Shown here one piece after another: positions 47,819 to 56,832 of a stretch of 64,000 bases of DNA. How positions within the stretch are numbered: position 1 is the stretch's first letter; the number at the start of each line of letters is the position of its first letter. The notes under the pieces are model-generated. The model saw nothing but the letters and a program-made list of their open reading frames with translations, did no database searches and was not told the origin of the DNA. The stretch is taken from the NCBI GenBank assembly GCA_051531975.1, contig JAOPTT010000002.1, positions 281,968 through 345,967 of the forward strand. The letters run 5' to 3'. The DNA comes from Spirochaetaceae bacterium (GTDB lineage: Bacteria > Spirochaetota > Spirochaetia > DSM-2461). Both the position numbers and the translations under genes were made by a program.

Positions 47819-48814
47819 ATGAAAAATTCTTATATGATATTATTATTAATATTAACTTCTTGTGGTGATTTCACTGATATCACTACAATTGATATTGATT
47901 TAATCCCACCGTTTTTAGAGAGTATAAAAGTAATTGATAGTAGAACATTGCAAATAAATAGCAGTGAACCAATTAGTCTGATAAGTAGCTCTTTTGTTTC
48001 CAGAGAAGATTATATAATTGAGGATTTTGTAGAAGATACAAATTCTCTGATTTTAACTTTTAATAAAGACCTTATTGCTGGTATCGAATATTGTAGTGAA
48101 TTTAGAATTGAGGATGAAAATAGTAACTCATTATCATTTATATCAAATTATTTTGGATATAATGATTCTATACCAAATTTAATGATAAACGAATTTATGT
48201 GTCGTGGAAGTAAAACAAATCCTGATAAAGTTGAGTTGTATATATTATCTTCTGGAAATATGGCTGGATTAACAGTTTTTAATGGCACAAAAAACAGTTA
48301 TGATTCATTTTTCACATTTCCTTCAATTAACGTAAACCAGGGTGACTATATAGTTATTAGATCAATATCTGATAATTATTCTATACCTTTCATCGAAACA
48401 GATAATTTAGATATTGAACATGATAAGAAGTTTTTACCTGGTATACGAGATCTTAGAGTAGAAGATTTTTCGTTATCTACAACTAACGGTGTTTTATCAA
48501 TCTATAGTGACCCTTATGGAGAGCCTATTGATGCTGTGGTTTTCTCAAAAAACATTAACGATGACAGTAAAAATTATAGAAACTTTGGTTTAAGTAAAGT
48601 TATTACCAGGATTGATGAGATATCAGAGCAGGGTTTATGGGATGGGATAACAGATATTATATTTCCCGAAGATGCTGTATTTGTAGGTAATTCAACTACA
48701 ACTAGAACTTTAAATAGACAAAACTTCTTAGATTCAAATACAAATGAAGAGTGGTATACTGTTGATACGGGTGAAGATAGTTTTGGTTATGTTAATTCTA
48801 CAATTGTTTATTAA
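47819..48814 (+). CDS. Lipoprotein with lamin-tail-like (INE...VEL) domain
   Basis: Lipobox LTSC; LMINEFMCRGSKTNPDKVELY; ends SFGYVN. Confidence 0.6.
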   Translation: MKNSYMILLLILTSCGDFTDITTIDIDLIPPFLESIKVIDSRTLQINSSEPISLISSSFVSREDYIIEDFVEDTNSLILTFNKDLIAGIEYCSEFRIEDENSNSLSFISNYFGYNDSIPNLMINEFMCRGSKTNPDKVELYILSSGNMAGLTVFNGTKNSYDSFFTFPSINVNQGDYIVIRSISDNYSIPFIETDNLDIEHDKKFLPGIRDLRVEDFSLSTTNGVLSIYSDPYGEPIDAVVFSKNINDDSKNYRNFGLSKVITRIDEISEQGLWDGITDIIFPEDAVFVGNSTTTRTLNRQNFLDSNTNEEWYTVDTGEDSFGYVNSTIVY

Positions 48815-49578
48815 CCTTTTTTCAGATCAGCTAATCTAAAGTTATATACAACCTGACTAATATAATTATATCCATCTACTGCTGAACCAGGGGGAATTGA
48901 ATCCAAAATACTTCTTCTATATAGATCTAAAAGATCATTTAGAAAAAAGGCAACCTGCTTCATACATGCTTGTTCGGCAATGGAAATTGCTTTTAAATCT
49001 TGCTCAGGTCTTTCTAATAAAAATATATATTTATCTAATACCGGGGGATTCCTAGATTTAGTACCTACTAATAGCCATAAATCATTCTCTAAATGATCAA
49101 CCATTCGACCTTCAGGGGTAGCTGTCTTAATATACCTACTAATACTATTCCAGTATCTATCTTCAAATATTTTTAAAGAACCATATAATTTTCTAACTTC
49201 TGGACTAGCATCATCTGTTATTTTTACTTCGGGGTACATTTTTATTCTTTCAGAATACTCTTTTAAAACCTTATCGGCATAGTCTCCATTTTTTGATCTT
49301 TCCCGTCTTTTATTGGCTAAGTCTCTATCTTTTTCTTTTAAGGCTATTTTGTCTTCTTCAATCTTTACTAATTCCATTACTATTAGTATCTCATTTTTGA
49401 AAAAAACTGCCATATTTTCTCTATATTTTGCAGCAAAAAAATAACGATTTTCAAATTCATCTTTTGCTCTTGAGGGTTTGAGATACGATACAATGTAGTC
49501 ATTGTACTCTTTTCTTATTTTTTTTAGGGTTTTGGCTATCTCTTCTTTAGATAATCCCCGATCAAATAGTTTAAACAT
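48811..49578 (-). CDS. Hypothetical helical protein
   Basis: 255-aa ORF with normal composition; no motif recognised. Confidence 0.6.
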   Translation of the reverse strand: MFKLFDRGLSKEEIAKTLKKIRKEYNDYIVSYLKPSRAKDEFENRYFFAAKYRENMAVFFKNEILIVMELVKIEEDKIALKEKDRDLANKRRERSKNGDYADKVLKEYSERIKMYPEVKITDDASPEVRKLYGSLKIFEDRYWNSISRYIKTATPEGRMVDHLENDLWLLVGTKSRNPPVLDKYIFLLERPEQDLKAISIAEQACMKQVAFFLNDLLDLYRRSILDSIPPGSAVDGYNYISQVVYNFRLADLKKG

Positions 49579-49621
49579 TATAACTAATTTATCGGGGTTA
49601 AGGATGTTAAAATTAACTTAT

Positions 49622-50008
49622 TTATACAGTAACTTCTATGACTTCATCTTCAGTCTGCTGAACTTCGACTTTCTCACCTGTAAATATAGGTTTGAACTCT
49701 ACATGTTCAGCAACAACTTTAATTCTAGAATGCATCTGTTCCTGGTCATCTAACCACCGGTCCTGTTTTAAACGACCAACAACCCGAACTCCCCTTCCCT
49801 TACAAAGATGCTTAATACAGCTCTCAGCTACTGAACCCCATACATCTACATCAAAATAGGAAACTTCCTTAACATAGTCCTCTTCCTTCTTGTAGCTTCT
49901 ATTAACAGCAACAGTAAAACTACATACAAGTGAATCTCCAGATGTTCTTCTTTCTACTGGATCTTTAACCAAATTTCCTTCTAATAACAGCGAATTTAAA
50001 CTATTCAT
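49622..50008 (-). CDS. ssb: Single-stranded DNA-binding protein (short paralog)
   Basis: LEGNLVKDP, FTVAVNR, YFDVDVWG, KGRGVRVVGRLKQDRW, VAEHVEF; SD aaggag. Confidence 0.9.
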   Translation of the reverse strand: MNSLNSLLLEGNLVKDPVERRTSGDSLVCSFTVAVNRSYKKEEDYVKEVSYFDVDVWGSVAESCIKHLCKGRGVRVVGRLKQDRWLDDQEQMHSRIKVVAEHVEFKPIFTGEKVEVQQTEDEVIEVTV

Positions 50009-50074
50009 ATACTCTCCTTAAATTGTATCTACATCTTTTATAAGAAAATATTGAATATAAATTCAGTTATAAAT

Positions 50075-50103
50075 AAAAAAAACACTCTCCGAAGAGAGTG
50101 TTT
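50075..50103 (-). terminator. Rho-independent terminator with cUUCGg tetraloop
   Basis: Minus strand aaacactctc-TTCG-gagagtgttt followed by T-run. Confidence 0.9.
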
Positions 50104-50130
50104 GTATAATCAATTTTTAATCAGTAAGGA

Positions 50131-51519
50131 TTAAAGAGAGATTTTAGCACCTACGTAGAAAGTACCTGATGTATCATCAGTACTGAAACCACTATAGTTA
50201 ACTGTTAAAACTGTGTTCTCTAATCCAGTAATTGCAGAATCAAAGTCTAAGTTTAAGTTATCTAATGTGAAATCAACATCACCGTTAAGTGTAGTTTCTA
50301 AAGTAGCAGTAAGACCAGTTACACCAGTAAAACCAGCATCTAATCCCATTTCACCAAAGTCAGCAACGTTTCCTAAATCAGCAGTTACGTTGTAAACATC
50401 AGCAGTAAAAGAAACTTCAACATCAAAGTTAGTATCAGAATCCATTTCACCTAAGTCAGATCCAACAGCAACTTTTGCAGTACCAGCATCTAAAGTATAT
50501 GCAACACTAGCGTTTAAAGTAGTTCCAACATAATCTTCAGTTGCAGTAATTGAGTTAGCAGTTAATACATCTTCAGCAACTGTCATGTAGTGAAAATCTA
50601 AACCGAAAGTTAATGCATCCATTGTATATGCAACAGTTGGTAATAATTCCATTGCAGTACCAGCATCAGTAGTTAAGAAGTCAAAAGGAACAATAACTGT
50701 TAAACCATCTATTGGCGAACTAGTTACTTTAACACCAACTGCAGTTTTTTTGTCAGCATCGTCTAATAAAGTACCAGTAGCGTTTGTAGCTAAAGCGAAA
50801 TCTAAAGTAAAGATTGCACCAGCAGTATACATAGCTGTAGCTCCGATGAAATAACCATCTTCGTCAGTAGGAATAGTATCGTCAGCTGTAACTTCATCTA
50901 CATTAACAATTTTATCTTCAGCGATAATATCAGTATCTCCAACATAACCTTCATCAGTTGTATTATCATTTCCATCATGTAAGAAACCATCAGTTTCGTT
51001 TGCAATAGTTAACTCAATTGACATAGTATCAGTAGCATAACCTAAAGAAACACCTTCGTTTTCGTCGAAAGAAGGTTTAACCCAATAGTCTTTGTCACCA
51101 TCAACAAAGTTAGCAGCTAAATCAGATTCAGATCCAACAGTTACATAAGCACCGTTAGCGAAATCTATCTTAGCAGAAATCTCACCTAAGTCTCCAGTAC
51201 CAATTAGTTCACCTTGGTCATCATCAACAGAACCCCAAGCATAGTCACCATCATCAGTAGTTAAGTTTAAATCTAAAGTTATAGTAGTTCCAGTAATTGA
51301 AGCTGCACCATATGCATCCTCACCTTCTGTAGCCGCTTCACCAGCCGCTAATGGAATTGTAACTGTTACAGATGCATCAGTTTCAAAACCGTTAGTTTCG
51401 TCGTCTAAATTAACTCCCCATTTAGTTTCAGCAGAACCAGAAATTGATGGTGCTAACTGTGCAAATGCAGAACTTGTTAATACTACTAATGTAGCTAAAA
51501 GAGCAATAGCTTTTTTCAT
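50131..51519 (-). CDS. Major outer sheath/membrane protein (Msp/MOSP-like porin)
   Basis: Signal peptide, ISGSAETKWGVNLD...GF N-terminal motif, beta-strand-rich acidic body, C-terminal FYVGAKISL; strong promoter, SD ggagg, terminator. Confidence 0.75.
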   Translation of the reverse strand: MKKAIALLATLVVLTSSAFAQLAPSISGSAETKWGVNLDDETNGFETDASVTVTIPLAAGEAATEGEDAYGAASITGTTITLDLNLTTDDGDYAWGSVDDDQGELIGTGDLGEISAKIDFANGAYVTVGSESDLAANFVDGDKDYWVKPSFDENEGVSLGYATDTMSIELTIANETDGFLHDGNDNTTDEGYVGDTDIIAEDKIVNVDEVTADDTIPTDEDGYFIGATAMYTAGAIFTLDFALATNATGTLLDDADKKTAVGVKVTSSPIDGLTVIVPFDFLTTDAGTAMELLPTVAYTMDALTFGLDFHYMTVAEDVLTANSITATEDYVGTTLNASVAYTLDAGTAKVAVGSDLGEMDSDTNFDVEVSFTADVYNVTADLGNVADFGEMGLDAGFTGVTGLTATLETTLNGDVDFTLDNLNLDFDSAITGLENTVLTVNYSGFSTDDTSGTFYVGAKISL

Positions 51520-51600
51520 TTTTTATTTTCCTCCAGTTAATTGTATGAAAGACATAACAAACTGTCATGTTTGACCTTTCTTCTTTTTAACTTATTCGCA

Positions 51601-51629
51601 ATGTTATCATTGCCCTTGACAGCTGTCAA
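51601..51629 (-). promoter_or_regulatory. Strong promoter of Msp-like gene with 14-bp palindrome over -35
   Basis: Minus strand TTGACA-17bp-(TGn)TAACAT; TTGACAGCTGTCAA at 51616-51629. Confidence 0.75.
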
Positions 51630-51752
51630 CAAAAAAAGTTTAGTATTTTTTCTAACTTTCTTGTTTAAAGTCGGTCTAAGGCCTTCTTATAATAACATTA
51701 ATGTATTAATCGTCAATTATAGATAAAAATGTTACTTTTATTTCTTGATTAT

Positions 51753-51781
51753 TTGACTAAGTTTCCCAATAAATGTACGAT
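51753..51781 (+). promoter_or_regulatory. sigma70-type promoter of ilvE
   Basis: TTGACT-17bp-TACGAT. Confidence 0.6.
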
Positions 51782-51825
51782 TTCTTATATTTAATGAATA
51801 TGTAATGTATTTTTAAGGAGTTATT

Positions 51826-52842
51826 ATGGCATTTACACTTAGTATGCACCCATGGATTTATGTAGCAAAATATAGTGATGGATCTTGGTCACAAGAGTAT
51901 TTAAAAGAAGATGACTTTTCACGGTTCCCACTTGTTAATTACACAACACAATATGGTATGGGTTGTTTTGAAGGAGCAAAAGCATATCCACAAAAAGATG
52001 GTTCTATTAAAGCATTTAGACCCGATGAAAATGCCAAACGTATGTTTAACTCTATGGAGGGTCTCTTAATGCCAGGTTTAGATCCTAAAAAACTTGAAGC
52101 AGGTATTTTAGAAAGCACTAAACGGAACATGGAAACTGGAACACTTCCTATATATAATAAAGAATGGGAGAAAAATAACTTCCTAACAGCAGATGCTGTT
52201 TATATAAGACCTTTTTCATATGCTGAACCAGGAATAGGTTTAGGAGTGTGTGAAGAACCTTGGGTAATATCTGTTTCTACGAATGTAAGTGGATATTTTA
52301 AAGAGGGTATGCGAAACCGTGCAATTGTAACAGATAAAACTAGAGCAACTGCAGGTGGAACAGGATGGATTAAATGTGCATCTAACTATGTTATACCTAT
52401 ATTAGTTAAAAAGATTGCTGAGAGAGATGGTTATATGGAAGCTGTATTTTTAGATGCTATTGAAAAAAAGTATGTAGAAGAGGGCTCGAGCTGTAACATT
52501 TTCTTTAAAATGGCTAATGGTATTCTAGTAACTCCTGAACTTGGTGAAACAATTCTGCCTGGAATTACAAGAAAATCAGTTATTGAACTTGCAAAAGATA
52601 TGGGTGTTGTAGTTGAAGAGAGAAAAGTAACTATAGACGAAGTAATGGAGAATGCTGTTGAAACATTTGTAACAGGTACAGCTGCTGGTGTTAATCACTT
52701 TGAATCCCTAACCTATAAAGGAACAGAAAAAGTCTTTGGTGATGGTAACATAGGTGAACTAACAGAAAAACTTCAGAAAACATTAAAAGGTATCCAATAC
52801 GGGCTGATTGAAGATAAATTTAATTGGATGAAATCTATATAA
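51826..52842 (+). CDS. ilvE: Branched-chain amino acid aminotransferase (class IV)
   Basis: YGMGCFEGAKAY, FRPDENAKR, YIRPF, IKCASNY, EEGSSCNIF, ILPGITRKS, TGTAA. Confidence 0.9.
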   Translation: MAFTLSMHPWIYVAKYSDGSWSQEYLKEDDFSRFPLVNYTTQYGMGCFEGAKAYPQKDGSIKAFRPDENAKRMFNSMEGLLMPGLDPKKLEAGILESTKRNMETGTLPIYNKEWEKNNFLTADAVYIRPFSYAEPGIGLGVCEEPWVISVSTNVSGYFKEGMRNRAIVTDKTRATAGGTGWIKCASNYVIPILVKKIAERDGYMEAVFLDAIEKKYVEEGSSCNIFFKMANGILVTPELGETILPGITRKSVIELAKDMGVVVEERKVTIDEVMENAVETFVTGTAAGVNHFESLTYKGTEKVFGDGNIGELTEKLQKTLKGIQYGLIEDKFNWMKSI

Positions 52843-52847
52843 AATAT

Positions 52848-55800
52848 CTATTCTTGATTTAGACTAGAAACAATACCTAGATTTAAATCTTTAAAATCTT
52901 TGGAGATGGAGTTATATAACATTAGTTCCATCTCTTTATCAGGGTATAAAATTGCCTTAGTGTTATAATATGCTAAATCTTTTAAACCAGACCTTATTAA
53001 AAAATCAGGATCTCTAGTTAAATAATCATACTTCTCTGTAGATTTTGTAAAAGCCATACCTACTTCTGGTAATGCCTTCTCTCCATATAGTTTATACAGA
53101 GTAACACCCATGTTGTTATATACTCTTATTGTGTTTTCAATAATGGCTAAATGAGCTTCATTCTCTTCTGGATATAATACTTCATGTTCATCTTCCTGTT
53201 TTTTAAGATATCTTAGATGCATGTTATAATATGTTAGGGCAGAACTATAACTACCTCGTTTTGATAAAGTATTAGCTTTTGCAAAAAGAATAGACTCACG
53301 GCTTACTCTAATGTCTTCAGCTTCATGAAATTCAAACAGAGCATCTTTTAAATTATCCTGCTGATAGTTAATGAATCCTTTTTTATATGATAACTCAGGA
53401 GTATTGTACATATTCTCTTCAGCTTTATTATATAGATTGTATGCGGAACTATAACTATTACCTGCATAATAAAAGATATCCCCATAATCAGCATAAATAG
53501 CGCCAAACTTCTCATCTGTTTCTACAAAGTTTCTATCTCTTAGGTTTTCATATAATGATACAGCACCTTGAAAGTTCTGTTCTGCAGCAAGGTATCTCTC
53601 TTCTTTAGAATAAAGTAGACCTAAAAGTCTTTTGGAGTCTACAAGGTATGCCAGCTCTTCTGCAGTTAAATGACCACCATATTCATAATAAAAAATAGCG
53701 TTTCTAGCAGCTTTCTCAACTTCCCTATCATTATCTATAGATTTAAAATATCGAGCTAATTGGTAGTGAAGGTTTGGATTTCTAGGATCATCTTTAATTC
53801 CTCTAAACAGTGTCTCACGTACATTCTCGACAATATCTTTATCCATTAAGTAACCAGCCATTCTAGCGTAGGAATCCCCTTCAACTTTAACTGATTCACT
53901 TATTTCGAACATTCGCCTATATGCTTGTACTTCTTTTAAATTATCTGTTGCAATAAAATAATTCAAAAACTTAAAAAGAACCCTAGGTTTTGGACCATGG
54001 GTAGTCATAGTCTCTGCATACCATAATCTAGCATCTTCATATCTTGCAGGGTCAACTTTACTCCACTGCATATATAAATCAGCTAATGTTTCCATTATAT
54101 CGTAATTTCTGTAACCGCGATCAATATATCCAATTAGAAAATTAGTTGCTTTCTCGTATTCGCCTTCATCAAACCCTTTCATTTGAGCGTAGGCTAATAT
54201 TGTGCCTAAATCAGTTGAGTTCTCATTTAAAATCTGAAGATATATTATTTCTGCAAATCCAAATGCTTTTCTTTGATGATAAGTATCTGCATATATATGA
54301 TACCATTTAGTCTTTCTGTGGGTATTAAAAGCTAATAAAAATTCATCGTAGGCTTCTTCATATTTATCTATTAATATTAATTCATGACCATTTTTATATA
54401 TTTGTTCTGACTTTAATATTTTATAACCCCAGAAATATCCAGCTAAATATAACAGTGCAAGAACAATAGTTATTGGAAAAATCCATTTTAATTTAGGTAA
54501 AACAGTATTCAATAATATGTAGGAAAATGTTAATTTCTTTTTTTCGAAGTCAGTTGCTGTTAGTTTTGCAAAGGATGAAGATATTTTAATTTTATGACCA
54601 AGTTTTTTATTTAAGTACTTAACAATTTCTTTTAATGTTGCATCTTCTATTAATAAATCTACTAATCCATCTAACTTTGAACCAAACAGTCCATTTTCAG
54701 CTATCTCTTCTTCAATGACTATTTTAACATTTAATGGTAATCCAACTAATGCTTTTTTAATATTATCAAATTCTTCCTGTGTATACTGTTTTTCTTGAGT
54801 TTCTTCTTCGACTTCAGGGGCATCGTCAGAAAACTCTTCTAAAACAATACTTGAGGAACTGTCTTCTTTATCAAAATTAAAACTATCCCCAAAGTCTCCT
54901 AATGAAAACTCGTCTGAATCATCATCTTCTAAGGCACCAAAGTCATCTTCTAATACTTCATCTTCAATTGATAATTCATCAAAGTCCATAGTATCAGTGG
55001 TCTCTTCTTCCATACCTATGTCATCTATATCTATCTCTTTAATACCATCATCACTTAAGGATTCTGGAGAGGTATCTAAATCTTCGTCGGAAAGTTCACC
55101 TAACTCCTCTAACTCAAATGGCTCATCTGTGTCAGAATTGCTAATATCATCTAGATTAAGGGGTTCATCACTACCGGTTGCAGTATCGTCGACCTCATCT
55201 AATCCATCAAGGTCAAGAAAGTCATCGGATACTGTATCTGTAGTTTCAAGATCATCTAAACCATCAAGGTCAAAAGAGTCTTCAGAATCAGTTTCTGCAA
55301 TATCAAGATCCTCTAAGGAGTCAATATCTAAGGATTCTGAATCTGAAGTTCCAAGATCATCTAAACCATCAAGGTCAAAAGAATCATCAGGTTCTGTATC
55401 TGTAGTTTCTGTCATATCAAGGTCATCTAAAGTATCAATGTCTAAGGATTCTGTTTCATCGACTGCAATATCATCTAATGCATCAAGATCAAAAGAGTCT
55501 TCAGGTTCTGTTTCAGTACTACCAATATCATCTAGATCTAAAGAGACGTCAGGTTCTGCATCTGTAATACCAAGATCATCTAAGGTATCAATATCTAAAG
55601 GGATTTCAGGTTCAATATTACCAAGGTCATCTAAACTTTCTATATCTAAGGAATTATCAGGTTCAACATCGGTATTACCAAGATCATCCAAGCCATCTAA
55701 ATTAAATGTATCTGCTGGAACAACCTCCGTATTATCTGATACATCAACATCATCTAAAGAAAAATCATCATCTATCTCTAAATCTGGAGCACCTATATCT

Positions 55801-56033
55801 AGGTCATCATCATCTGCTAACAGATCGTCATCATCAAAGAGATCAAGACCAGCAGTTAAGTCTGGAGTATCTGTATCGTCTAGATTTGCTAAAAATGGAT
55901 TTGCTTCGACAGGTGTCTTGTCTGGAACAACAGCTGGTTCAATTTCTTGACCACGTTTTTCTAACAGTTGGGGTTCATCCCCTAATGAGTTCAAAAGTTG
56001 TACGAATTTATCGATATTCTTTATACTTGGCAT
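52848..56033 (-). CDS. flcA: FlcA-like periplasmic flagellar collar protein (acidic repeat N-region, one TM, TPR domain)
   Basis: N-terminal MPSIKNIDKF..LL..LGDEP, long D/E-rich region, LPLNVKIVIEE, TM, TPR-like helical C-terminus; assignment from architecture. Confidence 0.65.
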   Translation of the reverse strand: MPSIKNIDKFVQLLNSLGDEPQLLEKRGQEIEPAVVPDKTPVEANPFLANLDDTDTPDLTAGLDLFDDDDLLADDDDLDIGAPDLEIDDDFSLDDVDVSDNTEVVPADTFNLDGLDDLGNTDVEPDNSLDIESLDDLGNIEPEIPLDIDTLDDLGITDAEPDVSLDLDDIGSTETEPEDSFDLDALDDIAVDETESLDIDTLDDLDMTETTDTEPDDSFDLDGLDDLGTSDSESLDIDSLEDLDIAETDSEDSFDLDGLDDLETTDTVSDDFLDLDGLDEVDDTATGSDEPLNLDDISNSDTDEPFELEELGELSDEDLDTSPESLSDDGIKEIDIDDIGMEEETTDTMDFDELSIEDEVLEDDFGALEDDDSDEFSLGDFGDSFNFDKEDSSSSIVLEEFSDDAPEVEEETQEKQYTQEEFDNIKKALVGLPLNVKIVIEEEIAENGLFGSKLDGLVDLLIEDATLKEIVKYLNKKLGHKIKISSSFAKLTATDFEKKKLTFSYILLNTVLPKLKWIFPITIVLALLYLAGYFWGYKILKSEQIYKNGHELILIDKYEEAYDEFLLAFNTHRKTKWYHIYADTYHQRKAFGFAEIIYLQILNENSTDLGTILAYAQMKGFDEGEYEKATNFLIGYIDRGYRNYDIMETLADLYMQWSKVDPARYEDARLWYAETMTTHGPKPRVLFKFLNYFIATDNLKEVQAYRRMFEISESVKVEGDSYARMAGYLMDKDIVENVRETLFRGIKDDPRNPNLHYQLARYFKSIDNDREVEKAARNAIFYYEYGGHLTAEELAYLVDSKRLLGLLYSKEERYLAAEQNFQGAVSLYENLRDRNFVETDEKFGAIYADYGDIFYYAGNSYSSAYNLYNKAEENMYNTPELSYKKGFINYQQDNLKDALFEFHEAEDIRVSRESILFAKANTLSKRGSYSSALTYYNMHLRYLKKQEDEHEVLYPEENEAHLAIIENTIRVYNNMGVTLYKLYGEKALPEVGMAFTKSTEKYDYLTRDPDFLIRSGLKDLAYYNTKAILYPDKEMELMLYNSISKDFKDLNLGIVSSLNQE
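55140..55720 (-). repeat. Imperfect tandem coding repeats (D/E-S-(F/L)-D-(L/I)-D-x-L-D-D-L, about 16-20 aa)
   Basis: About 11 units; exact 31-bp duplicate at 55247-55277 and 55352-55382. Confidence 0.85.
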
Positions 56034-56121
56034 AGTTCTATTATATTTTCGACCAATTTAAGAAAAACAAAAGAAATTCTTAATTTTTTTATATTGGTAC
56101 CGAAACTATAGTAACAGAATT

Positions 56122-56832
56122 ATGAAAAACCTTAAATATATTTTTTTTACAACTTTATTTTTTATCTCATTTACAGGGCTATTTGCAGCTGAACAAGAGG
56201 GAATACAGATTCCATCTCTTTCATTGCATATTAAAATAACAGAGATGTTAGAGAGTCAGGCTCCATTTATTATTGGTGAAAATCTAATATTTACCTATAA
56301 ACCATCTAAAAAAAGGGTTAGACATGTTGGAATATCCTTTGGGAATGAAAATTACTCCAAAATTCATAACCTATATAAAAATGAAAATGGTATCTATTTC
56401 TTTATATATAAATATCCAAAAGAAGAAAAAATTGAGTATAAATATATAGAAGATGGTGTCTGGATAACAGATAAAAAAGCTCAAATGAACTTTATTGATA
56501 ATAACTTCATCTCTTTATCATCATTTAAAATACCAGAAAAAAATATAAAAGAGCACATTTCACCTATAATTAATGGAAGTAGTGCTACATTTACAATAAA
56601 AGCAGAACCTGAAAGTTCAATATATTTAACTGGGGACTTTAATAGTTGGAATCCCTTCTTATATAAACTAAATGAAGAAAAGCCAGGTCTGTTCTCTATA
56701 ACAATTAGACTACCAGAGGGACAATATGGTTATTATTATATTTTAAATGGTGAAAGAACCTTAGATATTGAAAACCCTATTAAAGGCAGAAGTAACATTG
56801 GAGAGAAGGTATCTCTTTGCACAATAGAATAA
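56122..56832 (+). CDS. Exported protein with tandem glycogen-binding (CBM48/AMPK1-CBM-like) domains
   Basis: YKYIEDGVWITD and IYLTGDFNSWNP...LPEGQYGYYYILNG..LDIENP; signal peptide. Confidence 0.8.
   Translation: MKNLKYIFFTTLFFISFTGLFAAEQEGIQIPSLSLHIKITEMLESQAPFIIGENLIFTYKPSKKRVRHVGISFGNENYSKIHNLYKNENGIYFFIYKYPKEEKIEYKYIEDGVWITDKKAQMNFIDNNFISLSSFKIPEKNIKEHISPIINGSSATFTIKAEPESSIYLTGDFNSWNPFLYKLNEEKPGLFSITIRLPEGQYGYYYILNGERTLDIENPIKGRSNIGEKVSLCTIE

Noticed and set aside
49502..49753. 83-aa + strand ORF and the other short antisense ORFs in the track (for example 18009, 19173, 31148, 32589, 40116, 41589)
   Set aside because: They lie opposite well-supported genes, have shadow-frame composition and lack initiation signals
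51547..51580. Possible c-di-GMP-I riboswitch (AAAGGUCAAAC start) in the msp leader
   Set aside because: Lacks the GAAA tetraloop and the GCAAAGC/P2 receptor elements; kept only as a generic hairpin
51541..51726. 61-aa + strand ORF in the msp-ilvE intergenic region
   Set aside because: No SD, spans the msp promoter and leader, no protein-like motif
55140..55720. Possible CRISPR-like array (31-bp repeat)
   Set aside because: Repeats are degenerate, in frame within a long CDS and lack unique spacers; no cas genes in the window
54997..55950. 317-aa Ser-rich ORF on + strand
   Set aside because: Antisense shadow of the Asp/Glu/Leu repeat region of the FlcA-like gene (GAT/GAA codons read as TCA/TCT); no SD
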